Source: an uncultured virus (IMG/VR IMGVR_UViG_3300004151_000009) (Duplodnaviria; Heunggongvirae; Uroviricota; Caudoviricetes). From it: a stretch of 20,000 bases of DNA. Numbering within the stretch: the stretch's first letter is position 1; each line of letters begins with the position of its first letter. The stretch is taken from IMG/VR virus record IMGVR_UViG_3300004151_000009; one strand, written 5' to 3'. The notes under the pieces are model-generated. The model had not been told where the DNA came from, searched no databases, and saw only the letters and a list, made by a program, of their open reading frames with translations. Positions 14,522-20,000 of this stretch are shown here, in pieces. The position numbers and the translations under genes are program-made.

Positions 14522-15112
14522 CTAGTAAGTGTCTTCCCTATCAAATTCTTCCAGCCCCGCCCGGAATGCCTCCCACTTGAAGTCCACAAAGGCATCCCGT
14601 AGCCGCTCGATATGGCATTGCATAAGCCGCTCGAAGTCATCCAACTGCTTCGCACAACGCTGCAATGCCTCTTTCTCTATGAACTTGCCTAAACTCGCGT
14701 GGAAGTGTTCAAGGACCGGGATAAAGTCAATCTCCTGCCCGTCAAATGTGAAAGCGATCCGCTTGTCAAGGCACCCATCACCATGTACCTCCACCCCGGG
14801 AGCCTTTTCCAAAGCAAGGTAAAACAACGACTTGACGAGGGTCAAGGAGCTGTCTGTGTGTAGTTCTCGGATAGTCGTTTCTTTTTTCATGTGCATACCC
14901 CCGGCATACTCCCGATTTTTTGCTTCGGCGTATGTCATAGCCTTGTCAAAATAATTCTGACGCTTGGCACCTATCCTGCCGATCTTGCGAACCGTTCGGC
15001 TCCTGTCGTTGAACACGCACCAGTAATCCCCTATGCTGCCCACCCGGCACGGGCCTGTGGTGGTTGGCGAATGGACGGCACCGCAGTAGTGATTTTCGTA
15101 AGTGTCTGACAT
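14522..15112 (-). CDS. hypothetical protein, possibly a fusion of two small genes (internal start at 14890)
   Basis: ATG at 15112 after the repeated GAGGGGGGTAGGAAC leader; internal G-rich RBS and ATG at 14890. Confidence 0.65.
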   Translation of the reverse strand: MSDTYENHYCGAVHSPTTTGPCRVGSIGDYWCVFNDRSRTVRKIGRIGAKRQNYFDKAMTYAEAKNREYAGGMHMKKETTIRELHTDSSLTLVKSLFYLALEKAPGVEVHGDGCLDKRIAFTFDGQEIDFIPVLEHFHASLGKFIEKEALQRCAKQLDDFERLMQCHIERLRDAFVDFKWEAFRAGLEEFDREDTY

Positions 15113-15139
15113 GGTTCCTACCCCCCTCATTTGTTTTGT

Positions 15140-15298
15140 CTATCTGTCCACAACGCCATTCACGTACTGGCGGGATGCCTTCAAAGACTTCGCAAGGACA
15201 GCCCCAAGTTCAGGGTGCTTGCGGACTGCCTGCCACCCATCACTGTCAACTAACTGGCGAATTTGTGCGGCCTGCTTTCTGGAAATAATGGCATTCAT
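15140..15298 (-). CDS. small hypothetical protein (MNAIISRKQ...)
   Basis: ATG at 15298 after the promoter/RBS cassette. Confidence 0.65.
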   Translation of the reverse strand: MNAIISRKQAAQIRQLVDSDGWQAVRKHPELGAVLAKSLKASRQYVNGVVDR

Positions 15299-15326
15299 GT
15301 TCCTACCCCCCTCATTTGTTAGAAAC

Positions 15327-15355
15327 AGTATGTGATTTTTCTTGGAAAATGTCAA
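15327..15355 (-). promoter_or_regulatory. sigma70-type promoter cassette
   Basis: TTGACA-N17-CATACT. Confidence 0.8.
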
Positions 15356-15371
15356 GCGTATTTTTAATTTG

Positions 15372-15620
15372 CTATTTAATCCCTTCGCGGATTCGGTTGG
15401 CACACCACAACACACGATCAGGATGTAGCCCGCAACAATCTGAGCTAAGTTCTGGATTTACCACCATATCGTCAGCCACATCGGCAGCACCGGGAAGGAC
15501 TCGCCCAAGTAGATGTAGATACCCGATTGCATTTGCCACCCTGTCCCCCCCATAAGCCGGGTGGCGTCCCTCGAAGATCGCTGCGGATTCTCTCAAGATG
15601 TCAACGGTAGTGCTGTTCAT
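15372..15620 (-). CDS. hypothetical protein
   Basis: Own promoter/RBS cassette. Confidence 0.7.
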   Translation of the reverse strand: MNSTTVDILRESAAIFEGRHPAYGGDRVANAIGYLHLLGRVLPGAADVADDMVVNPELSSDCCGLHPDRVLWCANRIREGIK

Positions 15621-15644
15621 GACTCCCCCTCATTCGTTGAAGAC

Positions 15645-15673
15645 ATTATGTGCTTTTTCTTGGAAAATGTCAA
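15645..15673 (-). promoter_or_regulatory. sigma70-type promoter cassette
   Basis: TTGACA-N17-CATAAT. Confidence 0.8.
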
Positions 15674-15706
15674 GCGTTATTTTTAACTTGCAACTTGATC
15701 CCCCCA

Positions 15707-15991
15707 TTACTTCCATGCGGCATACTTTGCCAGGAAGTCTAGACGTTCCTGTTCCTGCGTCAAGGCGTCTGTGAGTGGGATCAGGGACTCTTCTACCCGC
15801 GCAGCCCTCTCCCGGTCAAGAAAAAAACCTACCGTCTGATCCGCATAGTCTGACCGCACATCGGTCACGCTTGTATAAGTGTACTGGCAATGCGGGCAGT
15901 AATCCCACCCCGCACCCTGGCCCCGGAGGTGCGAACAAAACTCACAAGCCGAAGACGCGCTTGAGATGGCAACTCTTTCCATTCTTTCCAT
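15707..15991 (-). CDS. Zn-ribbon-like protein (CEFC...CPHC)
   Basis: Two CxxC pairs; own promoter/RBS cassette. Confidence 0.7.
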   Translation of the reverse strand: MERMERVAISSASSACEFCSHLRGQGAGWDYCPHCQYTYTSVTDVRSDYADQTVGFFLDRERAARVEESLIPLTDALTQEQERLDFLAKYAAWK

Positions 15992-16019
15992 GTTCCTACC
16001 CCCCTCATTTGTTAGAAAC

Positions 16020-16049
16020 AGTATAGACCAAGAATCCCAGAAATGTCAA
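16020..16049 (-). promoter_or_regulatory. sigma70-type promoter cassette
   Basis: TTGACA-N18-TATACT; leader 15989-16024 identical to 15296-15331. Confidence 0.75.
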
Positions 16050-16070
16050 GTAGTTTTTTCGCAGTCAAAT

Positions 16071-16535
16071 TCAATTATTGACCCGGATCATGCGGTATTG
16101 CGGGTTGGTAGTCGTCTCCGTTCCAAATTCCAGATACAGATGACGCTTACCCTTGCGATAGATGACCAAGTACACCGAATCCGAATACAGACCAAGTTCC
16201 TTGTGCTTGGCGGTCATCTTGGCCCCGCTGTACCATTCCACCCGCACCTCGTCCCCCTCCCGCAAAAGGGACAGGATAGACTCCGCATGATATGCCGTGC
16301 TGTACAAAGCCGTGTAATAACATCCGCTCAAGTCCTTTGCCCTGGCCGAATAGTTTGAAAAATACGCCTTTGTCTCAAAAGCGTAGGTGTACTCCCCGTT
16401 CTCCCGCACGATGTGAAACTCCCACTTGCAAGTACCCGCCCCTGGCTCAGACCGTAAAACCAGGGACTTGCTCAGATACTTTTCAGCCTTGAGGACGTAC
16501 TTGATAGCCTTGATGTCTTCCTTGGTAAGTTCCAT
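16071..16535 (-). CDS. hypothetical protein
   Basis: ATCGGGAGGG RBS; 154 aa. Confidence 0.8.
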   Translation of the reverse strand: MELTKEDIKAIKYVLKAEKYLSKSLVLRSEPGAGTCKWEFHIVRENGEYTYAFETKAYFSNYSARAKDLSGCYYTALYSTAYHAESILSLLREGDEVRVEWYSGAKMTAKHKELGLYSDSVYLVIYRKGKRHLYLEFGTETTTNPQYRMIRVNN

Positions 16536-16555
16536 AGTGTTTCCCTCCCGATTTT

Positions 16556-16741
16556 TTAATAAAGGGCATCCAAAGGAAGAACGATCTCATTTCCTACGCA
16601 ACGCTCATTTTCTGCCGCTTCCTTGGATGGAAAAACCCGGATTCGATTCAATACTCTTGTATAAGAGTTTTTGCTTCCAGGCTTGGCAACGTATCCACCT
16701 TCGCCACCTGTCCTTTTCAAAATGAATCCATTTGATTGCAT
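16556..16741 (-). CDS. small phage hypothetical protein (GYVAKPGSKNSYT...C.GNE)
   Basis: Directly after the promoter/RBS cassette. Confidence 0.75.
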   Translation of the reverse strand: MQSNGFILKRTGGEGGYVAKPGSKNSYTRVLNRIRVFPSKEAAENERCVGNEIVLPLDALY

Positions 16742-16771
16742 GTGTGTTTCCCTCCCCGATTTGTTGAGTAG

Positions 16772-16800
16772 AGTATGCGCTAAAAACCTGGAAATGTCAA
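16772..16800 (-). promoter_or_regulatory. sigma70-type promoter cassette
   Basis: TTGACA-N17-CATACT; exact inverted copy of 7260-7312. Confidence 0.8.
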
Positions 16801-16823
16801 GAGGTTTTTTGAAGTTAATGGCG

Positions 16824-16855
16824 AAAAAAAAGCGGGAAGGCTTGCACCTTCCCGC
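16824..16855 (-). terminator. rho-independent terminator
   Basis: 9-bp stem GCGGGAAGG/CCTTCCCGC, 6-nt loop, T8 on the minus strand. Confidence 0.85.
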
Positions 16856-16883
16856 ACTAACTATTCAGGATTCTTTGAGATGT

Positions 16884-17825
16884 TTAGATTTCAATCAGCC
16901 GGATCAGTTCCGCCTTGTCCGGGGTTGTGATCGTCACGACAAGGCCGCTCGTGTGCCGGTATTCAGTGTCCCCGTAGGCGTCCTCCCCACTTTCCAGGTT
17001 CAGCCACCCCAGAGTCACCGTGGCCTTGTCACCCAAAGCCTTGCGGGCCTCCCGCAACTTCTCAATTTCGGCCAGTTCGGGCTTGTCGCGCTCGTTCCAT
17101 CCCGCAGCCTCCCCCTCCCGGATTCCGGCGGGAAGTTTGGCGTCCGCCAGCACATTCACGACGTATTCCTGACGGGCCAGGGCCTTCCAATCAAAGCCCT
17201 CTTCAAGTCTGGCAAGCAGCAACTCCGATCCATGCGCCTTGGCCCACTTCTCCAAAGCCGCCTCACCTTCTGCCGCTTCCTGCCGCTTGCGGGCCTCGTA
17301 CTCGTCCCGGCTCTTTTCCATGTCCTGCCGCTTCCGCAACTGTTCGGCTAACTCCGCTTCACGCTTGGCTTTCTTGGCCTCTCCCGCCTCTACCAGTTGC
17401 GCTTTGATGCTGTCAAACTCTTCCTCAACCCACCGATAGCGGGCCTTCTCAAACTCCAAGGCGGCGGAAAAACTCTCAAAAGGTGCGTCAAACCCCTCTT
17501 TCATGACATAAGAGGCAAGGGATGGGTCGTCCTTATCATGTCCAATTATGCCGATGATCGGGGAGCCGTGCTTGACAATGTACAGGCTGTCGGTGCTGAT
17601 GGTCTGAGTGCCCTCCCGCTCCCGGCGGATGGACACCCCACCCCCCACAACCTGAGTCTGCAAAAGGGCCAGGGTCAGGCTGCCGTCCCGGTCAACCTTA
17701 AAAAAGTCAACGTCTTCCGGGGAAATCTCGCCGGTCAAGGTCTGCATGGCCTTGCCGTCCAGCCCGCGCTTCAAAGCCTCACGCTGCCCAGCCTCAGTCA
17801 GCTTGTAAGTGATCGTCGCCTTCAT
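16884..17825 (-). CDS. hypothetical protein with central coiled coil (313 aa)
   Basis: ATG at 17825 after GGGAGGG; E/K/A/R-rich helix; followed by a terminator. Confidence 0.85.
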   Translation of the reverse strand: MKATITYKLTEAGQREALKRGLDGKAMQTLTGEISPEDVDFFKVDRDGSLTLALLQTQVVGGGVSIRREREGTQTISTDSLYIVKHGSPIIGIIGHDKDDPSLASYVMKEGFDAPFESFSAALEFEKARYRWVEEEFDSIKAQLVEAGEAKKAKREAELAEQLRKRQDMEKSRDEYEARKRQEAAEGEAALEKWAKAHGSELLLARLEEGFDWKALARQEYVVNVLADAKLPAGIREGEAAGWNERDKPELAEIEKLREARKALGDKATVTLGWLNLESGEDAYGDTEYRHTSGLVVTITTPDKAELIRLIEI

Positions 17826-17920
17826 TTTTCGTTCCCTCCCGCCCGGCCCCTGCCGGGGTTGTTGTTTCATGTCCCGCGCCATCCCCAGACGGGGCGGTGT
17901 TCCCCATTCCGTTGAGTAGG

Positions 17921-17949
17921 AGTCTACTCAATCCTTCCAGGTTTGTCAA
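17921..17949 (-). promoter_or_regulatory. sigma70-type promoter with an 8-bp inverted repeat over the -10 box
   Basis: TTGACA-N17-TAGACT; TTGAGTAG/CTACTCAA at 17912-17931; 26 bp identical to 18080-18105. Confidence 0.75.
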
Positions 17950-17965
17950 GCGTTTTCTTGTTTTT

Positions 17966-18065
17966 TGGTGGAGGCAGCCGGACTCGAACCGGCATCTACC
18001 GGCCCCTTACAGGGGTGCCCGCGTCCGGGCGTCCATTGTCGTTCTACCGATTAAACTATGCCCCC
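17966..18065 (-). ncRNA. tRNA-like RNA (100 nt) with Ala acceptor identity and non-canonical anticodon domain
   Basis: Acceptor GGGGGCA/TGCCTCC with G3:U70, A73, encoded CCA; D arm GTTT-AATCGGTA-GAAC; T arm GCCGG-TTCGAGT-CCGGC; own promoter at 18076-18104. Confidence 0.85.
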
Positions 18066-18075
18066 ATGAAGTAGA

Positions 18076-18104
18076 AGAATACTCAATCCTTCCAGGTTTG
18101 TCAA
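18076..18104 (-). promoter_or_regulatory. sigma70-type promoter of the tRNA-like RNA
   Basis: TTGACA-N17-TATTCT ending 10 nt before G1; no RBS follows. Confidence 0.8.
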
Positions 18105-18109
18105 GAGAT

Positions 18110-18385
18110 TTAATAATAAACCCCTAAAGCCCGGCACGCCAGGAAAGAAAAATCTGTGTTGTGCCCGATGTGCTTGACGGCCATAGCCTGTAACAAGGCA
18201 CCCTCAATCGTAGTGCATCCGCAGTTCGTGTCCCGCCCCTCCACATACGGGTGAAATATCCGGTGGTCCTCCTTGTCAAGATGCTCCACGATGCTGTACG
18301 GCCCGACCTCGTGGACTTCCACCACAACCCCCCACACAAAGTCTATCGTATTACCGTAAATCTGTGTCGGTCTACGCACTTTCAT
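18110..18385 (-). CDS. hypothetical protein
   Basis: AAGGAG RBS; overlaps the upstream gene. Confidence 0.75.
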   Translation of the reverse strand: MKVRRPTQIYGNTIDFVWGVVVEVHEVGPYSIVEHLDKEDHRIFHPYVEGRDTNCGCTTIEGALLQAMAVKHIGHNTDFSFLACRALGVYY

Positions 18386-18620
18386 ACTCCTTCACCATAT
18401 CCACCGCTTGTTGAAGAAGACTCATGCCTTCTGGGGTGGGGGAGTCCACGCATAAATCCTCAGCCACAGCAATAACCTTTTTCAAGAGTACACGAAGTTT
18501 CTCAAAGTCCTCCCACTCCACATAGGTGCCATCGGCGTCAAGTTCCATGTCACAGCCGGGGCAGTCGTCGTCACTGAGCCACAACGCACTGGACTCAAGA
18601 GAGTACCGTTTTATGCTCAT
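18372..18620 (-). CDS. hypothetical acidic protein
   Basis: ATGA overlap with 18617-18922. Confidence 0.7.
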   Translation of the reverse strand: MSIKRYSLESSALWLSDDDCPGCDMELDADGTYVEWEDFEKLRVLLKKVIAVAEDLCVDSPTPEGMSLLQQAVDMVKEYESA

Positions 18621-18922
18621 GTAGCCAACCCCTTTTTGAAGTGCTTTCTCACTGCGGCCTTGTATTCCGACGGCAACGGCATAACCGTTATAAGCACCTG
18701 CGCCAGACTGTAAATGTACACCATTTCCCCGTAAATCTTGATGTCTTTGGGCTTGGAGTGGTGCGCGGAAAACAGCGCATCGAAATACTTTTCAAGCCTC
18801 CCCGTTGCGTGTCTCCTTCCCATGCCCTTACTGTAGGCGATTGTTGCAGTCCTGTCAAGGGCTTTCTTTGGGAGTCCAACCCTCTCTTTTAAGCGTCTCG
18901 CTGCATGGTATGTGGTATGCAT
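18617..18922 (-). CDS. basic protein with TxHAxxRxxER motif (possible RelE/BrnT/DUF4258-like fold)
   Basis: GGGGAGG RBS; TYHAARRLKER at the N-terminus and LITV near the C-terminus. Confidence 0.7.
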   Translation of the reverse strand: MHTTYHAARRLKERVGLPKKALDRTATIAYSKGMGRRHATGRLEKYFDALFSAHHSKPKDIKIYGEMVYIYSLAQVLITVMPLPSEYKAAVRKHFKKGLAT

Positions 18923-18931
18923 GGCCTCCCC

Positions 18932-19543
18932 CTACATCCTGGCGAAGACTGCAACGTCTCCGTTATAAGTGCGTTCGGACCAATAGCTGTCAATAAACAG
19001 GTCACGGGCGTATGCGTCATAGTCGAAATACGCTTGCAGATGTTCGGGGATGGAATCCAATTCCCCCATTTCGTCAAGCAGTTGCTCCGCAAATGCTGTT
19101 TCAGAATCAAAAGTGCCCTGGAAAGCATCCTGAAAATCATCCAGGGTTGCATCCCCACCGTTGTCGTTTGCGTAAATGGCGTAAGCCTCCCCACCCTCTT
19201 CCAGAAGCCCATCCAGCTCGACAATCCTGTCCAGCGGGGTGTACTCCTCGACCAGCCCGTAAAATCCCTCTGAGTCATGAATGGCCCACTCCTCCGCAGA
19301 CGGGAACGGGGAGGGCAAAGCACCGCCACAATCCGGGCACCGCTCCCATTTGGCGTCCACATAAACGTCGCAGTCCTTGCAACGTCTACGCATGACATTG
19401 GGGTACTTGCTCATGGCAAGCAAGGCGTTAATCTGCGACTGAAGGCTTTCCGCACTCTCCCCGTCAACGTCGATCCATGTGCCCCGCGCTTCCCCGTTGT
19501 TGTAGTCGGCCAGGATGGACACATAGATTTTTCTGTCGCTCAT
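18932..19543 (-). CDS. ardA: antirestriction protein ArdA (DNA mimic) with Zn-ribbon insertion
   Basis: IYV..LADYNNG...G.WID, EEWAIHDSEGF, YFDYDAYARDLF; highly acidic. Confidence 0.93.
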   Translation of the reverse strand: MSDRKIYVSILADYNNGEARGTWIDVDGESAESLQSQINALLAMSKYPNVMRRRCKDCDVYVDAKWERCPDCGGALPSPFPSAEEWAIHDSEGFYGLVEEYTPLDRIVELDGLLEEGGEAYAIYANDNGGDATLDDFQDAFQGTFDSETAFAEQLLDEMGELDSIPEHLQAYFDYDAYARDLFIDSYWSERTYNGDVAVFARM

Positions 19544-19575
19544 TTCGTTACCCTCCCGCTTGATTTGTTGAAGTC

Positions 19576-19604
19576 AGTATGTGCTATTTTCCAGGTTTTG
19601 TCAA
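19576..19604 (-). promoter_or_regulatory. sigma70-type promoter of ardA
   Basis: TTGACA-N17-CATACT then GACTTCAACAAATC leader. Confidence 0.8.
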
Positions 19605-19631
19605 GCACTTTTCCCATTGACTTCACTATTT

Positions 19632-19943
19632 TCAGGAAGGCGACCAACCGTGCAGACAAAAGACCCTGAGAAGCGGGTTAACCCGCTGCAAAGTGCTGCG
19701 AATGTCGTTCGTTTTACTGTACCCGGAACCCCCCAGACGGAAATGAAAAGCCGGATATTGGCTATGCTTACTGTAAATCTGATCGGGCAGCATTTCCTTA
19801 GACTTTTTGCCAAGGTCCGAATCCGACGGCCAGAGGATATTCAACCCCTCACCCTCGTCCAGGTACACGGCAAAGCGCGTGTTAGAAAGTTGAAGGATGT
19901 AAGCCCGCTTTGCGTCCTGAATTTGTTCCGCTTGTGCCTTCAT
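19632..19943 (-). CDS. hypothetical protein (MKAQAEQIQDAK...FRLGGSGYSK)
   Basis: ATG at 19943 after GGGAGGG; the ORF-track start at 20000 is the TTG of the -35 box. Confidence 0.75.
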   Translation of the reverse strand: MKAQAEQIQDAKRAYILQLSNTRFAVYLDEGEGLNILWPSDSDLGKKSKEMLPDQIYSKHSQYPAFHFRLGGSGYSKTNDIRSTLQRVNPLLRVFCLHGWSPS

Positions 19944-19971
19944 GTGTGTTCCCTCCCGATTTGTTGAAGTC

Positions 19972-20000
19972 AGTATGTTCTTTTTCTGGGAAAATGTCAA
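19972..20000 (-). promoter_or_regulatory. sigma70-type promoter cassette
   Basis: TTGACA-N17-CATACT then GACTTCAACAAATC leader. Confidence 0.75.

Noticed and set aside
16671..17915. Long plus-strand ORFs 16671-17351 and 17397-17915
   Set aside because: Antisense shadows of the GC-rich 16884-17825 gene.
17966..18065. Canonical tRNA-Tyr(GUA), tRNA-Ala or tmRNA
   Set aside because: No 5-bp anticodon stem with 7-nt loop at the proper position; the GTA loop lies in the second hairpin and conflicts with Ala acceptor identity; too short for tmRNA, with no tag ORF.
13776..20000. ORF-track N-terminal extensions (starts at 14075, 14655, 15415, 17882, 20000)
   Set aside because: They begin within or upstream of promoter cassettes or leaders (two at the TTG of TTGACA); starts were moved to the ATG after each RBS.

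Overview
Segment of a large dsDNA phage genome (standard genetic code, dense small genes, no structural genes), resembling an early or host-takeover region. Left (1-1798, minus): a T4 NrdC.11/RlaP-like nucleotidyltransferase missed by the ORF track, plus four small genes. Positions 2025-8101 (plus): a PIN-PhoH ATPase, then eight small proteins, most with an SH3/KOW-like domain. Seven of them end in the same peptide H-x-D-[ILV]-R-L-I-R-x-R and one has a degenerate copy; a stand-alone GGQ release-factor-like gene lies inside this array. The strands converge at 8102-8407, where three bipartite direct repeats, a perfect 20-bp inverted repeat and sigma54-like motifs cluster (candidate genome terminus, packaging site or origin). 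Positions 8408-20000 (minus): about 30 small genes including a four-member paralog family, an ArdA with a Zn-ribbon insertion, a non-coding block with a 16-bp-periodic TATGCT array, ten near-consensus sigma70 promoter/RBS cassettes, and a 100-nt tRNA-like RNA with alanine identity (G3:U70) whose anticodon arm is replaced by two hairpins. All family assignments come from motif recognition by eye; no searches were run.
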